21,154 bases of DNA from Octopus sinensis. Taxonomy: Eukaryota. A model generated the notes under the pieces. It did no database searches. It saw only the letters and a list, made by a program, of their open reading frames with translations, and was not told the DNA's origin. The position numbers and the translations under genes are program-made. Below, piece by piece: positions 1-11,117 of this stretch. Position 1 is the first letter of the stretch. Every line of letters starts with the position of its first letter. The stretch is from assembly GCF_006345805.1 (NCBI RefSeq), contig NW_021823797.1, positions 1 to 21,154 on the forward strand, in the 5' to 3' direction.

Positions 1-240
1 GTGTCAAATTTAATTTAGCGATCGAATAAAACCACATTCTTCCTGGATTTTGCAATATTTGAGCGAATTCATTATTCCATCTATTACAAATAATTTACCG
101 ACGCCTTTTGATGAAAAACAGCCTTACAGAATGTATAATTTCTCATCCGTGCTTTATAGTAAGTGCATTTTTGGTTATAAGCCTGATTGGTTTACTGCTA
201 AATGTAAATGTCAGTAAGACTAAATTTATGACGTCTGCTA

Positions 241-800
241 ATAATGGAATTAAAAATTAGGAATGAGAAATAGATAATCGCGATAATGTTGTCTTTCTTG
301 GATGGCTAATTAATCGAATGGTGACAAAGGCTTGGAAATCAAAAAGCAAATTGCCATAGGACAGTGTACTTTTCTGAAAATAAACATTATATGGAAAAGC
401 AGAGATATTTGCTTAAGGACCAAATGCAGACTGATAATGTAATTGTGTTTCTGGTTTTTCTATAAGGTGCTGAAATATGATACAGATAGACAAAAAAATA
501 ATGCTTTTGAAATTTAGTATTGGAGGAGTTTACTTTGGACATTCAAAATAACAAACATCTATGGAGTTTACTTTAAGAAAAAGTCGTAAAACACAGCTTG
601 ACGTTTTTTGAACAGGTCGCCCGCTTTAATTCACTGTAAAGAACTATTATTCCGAGCAAAATTACTGGGAAGAGAAGTCCCAGCCGACCGAAGGCTCGAT
701 TGCTATCAACGGTAGAAAACGTCACGAGATTGCCTTTATTAAGGCTTGAGAATGATCGGAAGGGGTGGAAAAGATTTGCTTATAAGATCTCCAAAGCGTC
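241..800 (+). mobile_element. Degenerate 3' part of an RTE-like non-LTR retrotransposon (post-RT region)
   Basis: Frame-hopping translation gives VVFLGWLI...EIKKQIAIGQCTFLKINIIWKSRDICLRTKCRL...FL*GAEI and GKRSPSRP...LENDRKGWKRF. This resembles RTE C-termini (F.YLGS...EI..RI...WKSR.IS..TK.RL...LLYG.E.W; GKR..GRP; A.DR..W). Many stops and frameshifts; boundaries approximate. Confidence 0.7.
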
Positions 801-2005
801 GGACACGACTTAATTAGATAACCTAATCTATCCTAATTAAATAATAATTAATGTCCCAAATAAACTTTTGGTATCTCAAATCAATTCTCCGTTGTATTAG
901 GGTAAGCAACTTTTGAAATAATCACATGAATGTTGACTTAAATAATTATTTCAAATTATCAAATAGTAACTAGTGACTCCGAATCTGTATTTTTGGATTT
1001 TTAAATATGGAACCAGGATTCAAGAATCAAGCCGACAATTTAACCTTTGACTGCTGGTTTGTGTCCTCAAACCCGCAATCATCAAAAAATCTTAGCATTA
1101 GGATAATCAGCAAGTCTCCAAATGAACCAGTCGACTGCCTATTTTCATCATCACTGAAAATTAAGTGTAAAGTAATATATATTAACAAATAAAGTTCAAT
1201 AAATATATTGATTAAATGTCTAACCAATGTGTTATTCACAATAAAATATGATTTTTAACTATAATCAGATCTGTATGTGTGTAGTGCCCTTCGTTTCCTG
1301 CATGTAGATGCCTTGGCAAGTCTACAGAGTTTAAAATCTCTGTAAAAATCTTATTTTAACATTAAAGTTACATGCCAAAAAATTTCATTTTTCAGTCCCC
1401 CAAAATCAGTCGTATTCTAGAAATTTCGTATTTTAAAATATTCACTGTGTAGTATTTATGGATTTAATAAAATGTGCATATTTAATAACGCGTCCCAACC
1501 CACAATATATACTTAAAACATTCTCATATAAGGATTACTAAAATGATGATAATGAGAGATTCGACGGGTGTCTTATTAACTGACAAACTTGTGAGAATAA
1601 ATGCAAGTCCATCTTACGAGGTATTACTAGTAATAGAGGAGGCATATGGTGGGTTAGTTTACTAACAGTAAATTGCAACCTATGCCGGGCATCAAACAAT
1701 TTTTTATGCAGAAAAGATTGTACTTAATTTAATATTAGGATGTCAATAATTAACTAACTTGATAATTCACTCGAATATTTCCTTTTTCCTTTTCTTATCT
1801 CTAATTAGTGTTAAATGGACTAGTAAAAATTAAAATTGCAATTAACTTATTTGAGTGGAATTGTTTAGATACGTCCGAGAATTTTTGGAAAGCGTTATCT
1901 GCTACCGATCCGAGCACCGGTATCCTGCCAAACGAGTCTGTTAGGATTGATGGGTGTTACCGTTGAGTTGACTCTTAGGGCTTCGACTATTTTCTTATCT
2001 GCATA

Positions 2006-2031
2006 CAGTCGGGCCAAAAAGTCATGAAACG
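2006..2031 (+). repeat. Possible solo Tc1-type terminal repeat
   Basis: TA followed by CAGTCGGGCCAAAAAGTCATGAAACG resembles Tc1-family ends (CAGT..GGCCAAAAAG). No partner found in the window. Confidence 0.3.
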
Positions 2032-2049
2032 CTTCCATTATTATTAGCC

Positions 2050-4250
2050 TTATAACGAGAGCCTCGAATAGGCAGCAAACATATTTTTAGCGGAAAGTCC
2101 CCAAGTTCCGGCATTATATAGAAGTATTGGCTTCACTAGTGAATTGTATAGTCGTATCCGTGTTTTTGTGCTGAGTCCTTTGCGTTTTAGCCAATTTTCC
2201 TTTAAGCTGCGTAGTGCACTGTCTGCATGTGTTTTTTGCATAATCACGTCTTGTTCGTCTCCCAATAGAGATCCGAGTTTCTTTACTTTTCTCCAATGTT
2301 CGTCCAGCTTAGACTTCTGTCTTGCTAGTTCAGTAAATTCTGTTTTCTCCAAATTTACATTGAGGAACTACTCAGCAAGTCTATTTGGCATCACCTTTCG
2401 GAAGAAATAAAATCTACGTCATCCGCGTATGCCACCACATTGATCCGTTTCCTTCATCTATGGGTACACACGATATCAGAAGTCGATCTTCCTTCCCGAA
2501 ATCCGTTGTGAAAAGCGGATATAAATAGTTCGATGCGAGTTTTTATTCTTTCTAGCGTAATGATTGCAAGAACTTTTCGTATTCTATTCATAAAAATTAC
2601 TGGCCTCAGATTTTTTTACTTTTCCCTTAGCTTTGTTCGGTTTTTGGACAGGGACCAGTATCACTCGTCCAATGGGTAAATGGTTGTTTCTTTTAAACAT
2701 TCCGTTGAAGAGGTCCGCAATGAGGACATTTAGCTTTTCACTTCCATATTTGAGTAGCTCTGGTCCTAGTCCGTCTGGTCCTGGGCTTTTATTGTTTTTA
2801 AGCTTAGCATATGCTCTTTGCACTTCTGCAGAAGTTATTTCCAACTCCAATTTCATGGGATGCCCGATATATCCATAAATTCCTTTGCTGTTGGATCTAA
2901 ACAGTTTCTCCAAGTGGCCGGCGATTAGTCCTGCTAATTCTGTGGAATCTGCAATTCGTCTTTTATTTTTGTCATTTATGATTAGTGCTTGTCTGTGTTT
3001 ACGTCCTCGTAATAATCTGATCGCCTCATAATATCTTACATTGTCTTTCAAGGCTTCTCTGGCCTTGATCTGTATCTCAGCTTCCTTCCTTGACATATAG
3101 GACACGGACTTCTTGATCTTCTTCTTAATATTCGATCTTTCCCGACCAAGTTTTTCTTTGATGTGCTTGTCCTCCGTATTTTAATATTGTAGTCAAATAG
3201 ATTTTTGTTTCTTCACAAGGAGCGATATCTCAGTTGTTCCATTTGGTGATGTGGTAATCATTTCTGTATCCATGAGCTGTTTCTCCGCTGCTCCTCGTAT
3301 TGATTCTTGGATTTGTCCCCAGAGTTTGGGGAATGGTTGATTTGTTTCCACACTTCCCAAATACGTATCAAGTTATCTCCCTTTTGTTGTATTGAGAGTC
3401 CATTTAGGTCGAGTTTTCTTTTCCTAAGGATATCCTGCCTCCCTTTGATATTTGTTTTGTTTTTGTTTAGATGTTTATTCAGTGATATTCTTGCAATGAC
3501 CATTTTGTGGTCACTGTCAATGTTTGACCCACTATATGATCTTGCGTCAGTGAAAAGAGCTTTGTCTTTAGATCGACAGATTATATAATCTATCTGGTTA
3601 TAAATATTTATAAATTCGCCGGATAAATTCTTCCTAAACCCAGCCCAAGTAGTTTTGTGTCTTGCAGGGTGCATGAATGCAGTGTTGCAAATGACCGTTT
3701 GCCTGACAAAAATCGGCAAGTAATCTTCCTGCCACGTTCCTCATTCCCATCCCGTGTTTTCCCATAAAGGTTTCATCCGGCTTTCTTCGTAATCCCACTT
3801 TGGCGTTAAGGTCGCCAGCAATGACGAGTGATTGACGAGTGAACAAGTTCAGAATAAGCTTCAGACAGGCAAGAGTAGAACAAGTCTATCTCAGTGGGGT
3901 CTTTTTCAATCCATCCACTGTGGGGTGGGTATACGTTTATAATGGATAGTAAGCTTTTAGATAGGCAAAGCTTATTCATGCTAATCTGAAGTACACAAAT
4001 CCGATCATTTATGCTTCAACCATAGGTTTCAATTCCTTTTTATTACAAATCCTTGGCCAAAGTGTCTGCATTCACTTCGGAATGAGATGAAGTGATAGCC
4101 CGACAGTTCCTCTTAATTCCCCATGCAGTTTTGTCTCGTGTAAACATCCAAGAGAGACTGTATCTTTACAGATCTTTGCACAATGTTTTTCTTTTCCAAG
4201 ATTTAGCGATTCCTTTAACATTAAACGAGAGTAGCAAAAAAGGTGTTAGT
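2050..4250 (-). mobile_element. RTE-like LINE copy 1 (APE endonuclease + RT), degenerate, with an internal RT deletion
   Basis: APE motifs: FNVKG (~4220), IINVY.P (~3935), LVIAGDLNAKVG, TW...NQIDYII, SDHKMV. RT motifs: KSPGPDGLGPELLKYG, RPVIF...GFREGRSTSD (2460-2610), VVAYADDVDF (~2410-2440), IRLYNSLVKPILLYNAGTWGL. RT domains 3-4 are missing at the ~2458 junction. Confidence 0.9.
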
Positions 4251-4556
4251 TTCCTGTGCTTTTTAGACTCTATCTTTAAAAAACCACATCACAAGTTCAA
4301 ATAAAAAGACGACATAATGTTAATTAATCAAGGACAGAGGAAATGATCTTCACTTGTTCTTTATTTTTTGTTTCTCTTCGAAAATACTATTAAATACTGT
4401 AGTTTAAAAGAGAAATTAGAAATTTAAGATATTTTATATTAATTGTTAAAAAATTAGACTAACTTAAGTAATTTATATCACAATAATCAGGGATTTTTCC
4501 CGACAGTATAATGAATATATTTATTTAATAATTCAAATTAACTCACTCTAGTTGTG

Positions 4557-7285
4557 ATGCGGCAAAATAAATTTTTTGACACGTTGCAAGGAACTAGTTT
4601 CAAAGGCACGTCTAATTCCGTACTAAATAAACATTAAAATAATTACAAGGAAGAACTGGAATCTCGAATTCTTGGATTTCAAAACCAAAAACTCTCCGAG
4701 GCCCTCAAATATGCCAAAAATCAAGACTTTAGACAAAAAAGCAAAATCGCTGTTTTTGCAGAAAGAAGAGAAACCGATGAGGCACTTTTTGCACTTATAA
4801 ACCGACATTGGAACCAAGTTAATCCCACTTAGTCACACTTAGCACAATATTGAAGTACGCAGCCTCATTGAACATTATAACTGTGATTCCTTCGAGAATA
4901 TTCCACCGGATGGTACCCATCTGCTTTTAGTTGTAGAAACTGAATCACTCAAAGTGTTTCAGAGAAAAATATCGACAATGGAGACTGAAGAACTCGAGAA
5001 GGAATTTCAAAGGCGTGTTGAATATTCGAATACTTTAATGCTTATCCTTCATCAGGTCTTCGAAGGGTTTCCTATATATATCAAAGATCATAGACTGGTG
5101 ACTAAACTGGACAAATTAACCACGTTTTACAACACTCTTAAAGAATCCCCCGACAGTGCTATTCAAGAGAACCTTAAACTTCTCTCAGCTGATTTGGTCA
5201 CACAACTTACTAATGAAAATGTCTGTCTAAACAACCAACTGATCAAAGTAAACAAACAAAACAGTGGACTATTCTATAAGGTTAATCCTACTGAGTTATT
5301 ACGTAATAGCTTAATGAAACGGATGATAATTTGACTATTGAAATTAATTCAGCTGCAGAAAATAAACGGAAATTGGATGAACTGAACTATGAATTTGCCA
5401 TGCTTGAAAAATATTCAATAAAACTCGAGGAATCTTTAAAACAATCACAACAAGACATTTCTAAAATATCCACAGAGACAAAGGACATTAATCCTCCTCA
5501 GGAGCCCACTAACCCACAGCTCAGTACAGAAGATATGACAGAACTACAACAACTACGTCTGGAAGAACACAATCTTAGACATTTAAATGACTCTCGTCTG
5601 CAGGAATTGGAAACAATGCAGAAAGAGATTGACAGGCTGACTGTGTTAGTGGAGAGTGGGAATGAGAGAGTGGACTATCCAGACTTGTCTGTCGAGTTGT
5701 CATCAGTGAAAAGACAGCTTTCCACCTGCATTTCTGACTTGGCAAGAGTGAAGGCCAGACTGACAGAAAGCAACGAATTGAATTATATTCTTAAAGTAGC
5801 AATTCAGCAGATTAAAGATGATTTAAAAATCGGGAAAGAAATATCAGAGAGTCAGAAGGTGGAGGATATTATTAGGCTGACTGAACAACTAGCAGGCAAA
5901 GAAAAGGAATTAGAACTGGTTAAGCTGGAGAATGAGCAATATGCTTTAATAAAAGAACACACGAATGACGTCCACAGAGAAATGAGACATCTTATAAATA
6001 GTCTGCAGGCATTTAATAAGCAATTGAAGAATAAAAATAATAAATATCACATTAAACTAAATGAAACTCTCAGAAATAACGAGGTTAGTTACTAATGTGA
6101 CACCACTAGATCAATCTACCTGATTTTGCCGGGTATTTTATTACTAATTAATTAACTAATTATTATAGAACAGAATTACATATTTTTGAAGAATTTGAGG
6201 TTTATAGTTATTAGTTTATTGATAGTATTCATTGGGAACAATCAGCGAGTTGGACAAGGCTAGGGACCTTTGTTCAGAACTAATAAGAAGACTGAAGGAA
6301 TCAAGTGAGAACGAAAAGAGTCTACAAAGATGTATAAACCAGCATAGAATTACCAACGAAGACATTAAACGTAAACTGACGTGGCATAAACAGGTAAACT
6401 TGGTTATTTGGAGCCACTTTAAGCAAGAAGATACTCTAATGCAGGAAATGGAAGTGACAGGCCAAGCTTTAGAAGATATGCAGGAGAGGAATCGAGTTCT
6501 AATAGACCAGTTGACTGCAAAAGAGCAAGCCTATGTGGGACTGTTAGCCGAAGTATTAATTTGTTATGAAACATTGAAGAGAATAAAGCATAGACATGTC
6601 ATTGATGAGCTCAACAAGGAGAAGGAGGAGTGGAGACAACAGGAGGGACTACTTCGGAATCAGTTGGACACAACAATCCACATTAGTTCACAATTGGAAG
6701 AAAAGGAGAGTTCATTAACAAGACTATTGACTAATCTTGAAAGCGAGTGCAAGTTGAAGAGGCTTATTTGGAGTGTAGACTGAGAGATGATCGAATTGAG
6801 CTGAGTGGTCGTCGATACTCGGAAGTGCTGCAAAAGTGTGATGAGTTCAAAATAATATCTGACTCACATTACGACCAGTTGAAGGACTCACAACGATTAT
6901 TGCAGGAGAAGAGTAAACTGGTGAGAGACGGGCATTTCCGTGAGAGAAGATATGAGGTTGTTATGATTTGTCATTTTTGTTAGGAGGAGATTGATGGATT
7001 GAAGAGAAAGTTGGCCAAGATATCAAAGTTGAGGGGAGTGGAGGGAGACAGTATGTTGTTGGATGAGATTAAGGAACTGAAGGTAGTCGAATGTGAGGGA
7101 ATGTTTAGGACAGACTGACATGTCCGTGTTGTAATATTCATAGGAAGAATGCAGTGCTGACAACCTGCTTTCATGTGTTTTGTTTGGAGTGCTTGACTCA
7201 CCTATATCAGACGAGGAAAAGGAAATGTCCTAAATGTAATGCTTCTTTTGATGTGAATGAGTTTAAACGTATTTGGTTTGATTGA
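4557..7285 (+). CDS. BRE1: E3 ubiquitin ligase BRE1 (RNF20/RNF40 family), multi-exon, about 798 aa
   Basis: Exons: 4557-4619, 4650-4817, 4843-4912, 4937-5280, 5310-6083, 6110-6132, 6169-6199, 6226-6393, 6424-6552, 6580-6752, 6779-6956, 6984-7082, 7109-7285. All introns are GT-AG with consistent phases (4913-4936 is optional because it is in-frame and stopless). N-terminus [15 protein letters not shown]...[16 protein letters not shown]; core [17 protein letters not shown]; C-terminal [32 protein letters not shown]...[12 protein letters not shown]. All match BRE1 family motifs as I recall them. Confidence 0.95.
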
Positions 7286-7689
7286 ATTTTTTATTGTTCA
7301 ATGCTTCAATTATGATAGGTGATAATTGTGTCCGACAATATGTATAACCAACATAAATTAACATTTTTTATTCCGACATATAAGTCAAGTGATAGGAAAT
7401 GCGTAATTAGTTTTTACTTACGCAAATGGTTTCTGTAAATGTTGAAAAATTGTATACAATGTATGTCGAAAAAACATTTCTTTTGCTGCATAAGAAACTA
7501 TTTTTTGAAAATTTTTTTAGCCCCAGGTGCATCATCTTTAATGTGATACTGCCATGTAATCAAAGTCTTGGTTACACAATCCAAATCGCGAGCGCTGAGA
7601 GTGACAGGTAATTTGACAGGCTCAACATCTGTCATGTTAAATTTTTTTTATAATTACAAATAGACAGTTAGAAAAGGGAGAAAGATTGT

Positions 7690-8700
7690 TTAAGACTACG
7701 CAGGTTAGGGCGCCCTCCCAGCCTCACGGATTGCGAAGCAGTTGCCACGGATTACGGCAATGGAGAGGCGTTGAAGAAGCCAAAAGGACTCTCTCGGGTC
7801 GTCCCTCCTTTTGGAGATTCTTCTCCCCAAACTGCGTAGGAAACAAAGCGACTTGCGGCCGAAGACCCCAGAGGTCTCAATGGCGATGAGCGTGAAAACG
7901 AAGCTGGAGAGATGACCGTATTTCAGGATTTTGAGATCTTCAGCGCGATTGGAAGCAAAGCCTGGGTCGACGGCCGACCTGGCTAGGTTCCCGTTGGAGA
8001 ATGTGTCACAGCAAGTAGAATCCCATATAAGGAATTTTCCCTCTCAAAGGGGAATGTAGTTAAGCCGTCAGGAGAGGGGATGTAACCCGAACTCGTCCAC
8101 AGTTCCGCCACAGCGACATTTATGGGTCTGACAAATTTTGTGTTGGTTAAGTATCGGAGTGAGTTTTTCGTACAAAGACCGACATACAATTTTGTCCCAC
8201 TGGCGCTGGTTGTCCTCGGACTCAGGCCGCCTCGAATCAAACCGGGCCTACCATAAGAGACCTGCCGCGATGAAGTCTGCAGACACTTTCTGTTCGGGAA
8301 GGTTTCGGAGAACGATGTCTGAGAGAGTGCGCAAGGCAGAATGAGAGGACAGATAAGCCGGAAGAGCCAAATCGGAACAGTATCTCAGACCAAGCCCACC
8401 CCAGCGCACAGGTAAGGTCGCTTGAGACCAGCCAGAATCGTCGAAAGCAAGATTGCATAGGGAGTTCATACCAAGCTTAAGGATGTAATCGAAATCAGAT
8501 ATGAGGTCACTTCTGTGGAAACAGGGTGCACATCTTAGCGTATAAGGACCTTGGGGACAGAAAAGTGATTTCGCAGAAGGAAAAATGCGACGTGGGCCTC
8601 GATGTTTTTAAGCCTCTCGATCATTTTAGAAAGATTCGAAATTTTTTCCGAAAATGAAGCTTCTAGGGCGGAAAGACACATGGGAGCCCCAATGATAAAG
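7690..8700 (-). mobile_element. CRE-clade non-LTR retrotransposon, 3' part (post-RT to REL endonuclease), degenerate
   Basis: IGAPM, RLKNIEAHVAFFLLRNHFSVPK, WSQATLPVRWGGLGLR, AEDLKILKY...IAIETSGVFG...FLRSLGRRI...RESFWLLQRLSIAVIRGN. Confidence 0.8.
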
Positions 8701-8745
8701 GAAGTATAAACTAAAAAAGAAGGCTAAAAAATTGTTTTAATAGAT

Positions 8746-9331
8746 CATTATTTCTTCAGGTCAATTAATTTTTATGACTAAAAAATTATTTATTCGTTTG
8801 AATATTTAATTAATTTTATTTCACGTTTTTTTGTTATTTGATTGTAATGGTTAATCGCAAATGGATTGATTCTTATGTCCAATATGGATTTACCAAATAT
8901 ACTGGATCTGAAAACGTGCATAAAGCGCAGTCCATGATATGCGACGTCATAATGGGAAACAACTTTTTGAAGCTGTCACAATTAAAATGACATAAGGAAA
9001 AAACTCACAAAATGTTGAAACTGTCAAAAGTTTTATTGCTATCTTATGTAAAAATGCACTGGAAGTGATAATTCCTTTCCAACCACTTATTTATGTGAAA
9101 TGGAAATGTCTTGTTATTCTGAAAAGTAAAGTTTGTAGCCGACTTAAGCTGGAAGACGATATGAGAATGGCACTTATTAACATTGTACCAAAAATTGAAC
9201 AGCTAGTTTCTGAAAAGCAGAATCAAAAATCACACTAACTCTAAATACTATGATTTTTTAATTTTGTTAGTTTTTTTATTAAATTGTTTTGTTACTGGTG
9301 GTCCCCGGTAAAAAAAGGTTAAGAAACACTG
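8746..9331 (+). mobile_element. Internally deleted Buster-type hAT (586 bp)
   Basis: Right TIR ggttaagaaacactg (9317-9331); degenerate left TIR cattatttcttcagg at 8746. 8-bp TSD taatagat (8738-8745) / taatagac (9332-9339) with central TA. A BED-finger N-terminus (RKWIDSYVQYGFTK...MIC...SQLK.HKEKTH) is joined to a hATC C-terminus (FPTTYLCEM...RLKLEDDMRMALINIVPKIEQL). Confidence 0.85.
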
Positions 9332-9399
9332 TAATAGACAGAAAGCTCTATTTTCAAGATTCTTTATTTAATCACAGGCTTGTTATTGCCTTGACTAAC

Positions 9400-9730
9400 T
9401 CACACGAGATGCAAACAATTGCGGAAGAGAGGCTGAAAAATTAAACGACATTTTCATGAGTCATGGCCCTTGCTGATATATACACTCTGATAAGTTATCT
9501 GTTATCAGTGATAACAGAATTCAGAAATACGGTGCACCGTCATATCTTTGCCCCGATCGCAGTGGAGACGTCGGGAGTCCTCGGTCCCATAAGTAAAAAA
9601 TTCCTTATTAAACTGGGGGACCTGGCAAGCAGAAGGAGAAATAATCATCGGAAACGAACATGGTTTTTCCAACGAATATCAATAGCCATCTTGATGGAAT
9701 TTCCATTCCATCTTATCCTCTGCTGCTAAT
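9400..9730 (+). mobile_element. CRE-clade 3' fragment
   Basis: FAPIAVETSGVLGP...FLIKLG...WFFQRISIAI in ORF 9463-9729. Confidence 0.7.
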
Positions 9731-9759
9731 TAAATAAATTCTAATCAATTTACTTATTA

Positions 9760-10060
9760 ATACTTACGACAATTGAATTCAAAAATATTCACATTTCTAA
9801 TTTATGTAAAGAATTCAAAATTACTCATGGAAGGCCGAACAATCAGGGGATATTTGAACGATTTGATCGGAGAATTACAAGGTTTTTATCCAAATTGATG
9901 GCCTCGGATGATAAACAAGAGTGGATAAAACACATTCGAAAGGGTGTATTTTTATGCAATCAGAGCTCATTCGTCCACTTGTAAATTGCATTTTTATTTT
10001 CTAGGCGCTAATCCACTTCAAAGATATCGTGGTATTCCTGGATTTAACATTGTTGCTGAA
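9760..10060 (+). mobile_element. DDE (rve) integrase fragment, Ginger/gypsy-like, with a probable 24-nt intron
   Basis: EFKNIHISNLCKEFKITHGRPNNQGIFERFDRRITRFLSKL...EWIKHI. After one frameshift, RAHSST|CANPLQRYRG spans GT-AG 9981-10004. Confidence 0.7.
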
Positions 10061-10199
10061 TCAGATGTTGAGAAAAATTTAAAAAGTTCTGATATAGTAG
10101 AATTGGAAGTGTAGAAAACCCTGAAATTTAGAATAAACGTTTTTTATTGCTATTTATTAAAAGATGATGACTAACTGTTTAATTCTGAGAGGATAATTT

Positions 10200-10900
10200 G
10201 CATGAATAGGAAGATGGGAGTCCATCAATCAAAATATGAATTTATGACCTCCTTGCAAACGAGCTAAGGCGGATACACCAGTGCAAAGTCAATGCCATTC
10301 CGTGTGTGATGAAATGGGATAGACTGGTCACCAAATACCACAAGCGGTACAGCTAAGTGTAGATAAGTCTCTACAGGCTTATATACAGTCAACTGTTCTT
10401 AAGAGAACTGTGGAGAGTGTCTCGTTTGATGCTCGCCGATTCAGCCCTTTCCTGGCGCTGGACTGCACCTTCTCGAAGGTCTAAAGTGCCAAAGAAGAGG
10501 AGGAAGAAAGGGAGGAGGTGCGTGGAGTGCCATCCTCTGTTCACTTCTGGACTTGGAAAATTATTTAGATAATTAGTTTCTTTTTTATTTCTGACAATCA
10601 TCAACATTGATGGATCGCTTGCAGCGCTTGATCACTATCTGCGCTCTCGACAAAATATGTTTTAAATATCTTCTTGTTCTCCTGGAATGACAGTAAGCGT
10701 CCAGATGGAACGACTATCCTTCTTTTTCGGGAAGAAAAGTCCCTCGTGTAGGATGGCACCTGCATCGACTCTTTTTCTGGACGATCCTACCTAAGACTCT
10801 CAGCAACCCGGGCTCTGGTTCTCCTCATGCTGAAGAGTCAAAAAAATGACTATGTATTTCGAATAGAACAGCTGTGCCACGCACAACAGCCAATAAGATC
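10200..10900 (+). mobile_element. CRE-clade fragment including the REL nuclease motif
   Basis: GAWSAILCSLL (~10515-10550), AALDHYLRS, KRPDGTTILLF...LV*DGTCIDSF (RPDG...WD.TC.D), PGSGSPHAEESKK. The left boundary is weakly supported. Confidence 0.65.
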
Positions 10901-11033
10901 GTTTGGATTAGGAAAATAAATTTTCTAGTATCTTTAGAGCATAATGAACAGAGGCAGCCAGATTTTGTTGAGATAATTTTAGACTGCAGGCCAACATGTA
11001 TCTAGCCAATTTTAATCAACACTTATTTTTTGT

Positions 11034-11037
11034 AAAA
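11034..11037 (-). terminator. Pol III T-tract downstream of the tRNA
   Basis: TTTT on the minus strand, 6 nt past the tRNA 3' end. Confidence 0.5.
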
Positions 11038-11043
11038 CTTAAA

Positions 11044-11117
11044 TGCCCCGACAGGGACTCGAACCCTAGACCTTCGCGTTATTAGCACGACGCTCTAACC
11101 AACTGAGCTACCGGGGC
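11044..11117 (-). tRNA. trnI-AAT: tRNA-Ile(AAT), eukaryotic type, no intron
   Basis: Reverse complement GCCCCGGTAGCTCAGTTGGTTAGAGCGTCGTGCTAATAACGCGAAGGTCTAGGGTTCGAGTCCCTGTCGGGGCA (74 nt). Acceptor stem, D arm, anticodon arm TCGTG-CTAATAA-CGCGA and GGTTCGA T-arm are intact; no encoded CCA. Confidence 0.97.

Noticed and set aside
1007-1360. Short ORFs 1007-1192 (+) and 1027-1239 (-), with possible small exons on the minus strand
   Set aside because: No recognisable motif, and I could not build a consistent spliced gene.
1545-1700. ATG-initiated stretch with GT-AG-like segments
   Set aside because: About 40 codons, no homology, and the candidate introns (16 nt) are shorter than the range seen in BRE1.
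6980-7201. ORF-track proteins antisense to real genes or elements (e.g. 6980-7201, 4623-4817, 2144-2410, 15494-15709, 13947-14183, 17724-17933)
   Set aside because: Shadow ORFs; the opposite strand carries the recognisable coding sequence.
7498-7635. 45-codon minus-strand ORF (MTDVEPVKLPVTLSARDLD...) convergent with BRE1
   Set aside because: Looks coding but has no recognisable family or downstream exon; needs RNA evidence.
9991-10006. 16-bp match ttttattttctaggcg, also at about 21099-21114
   Set aside because: Low complexity and explained by a generic pyrimidine-tract/AG acceptor; no extended homology.
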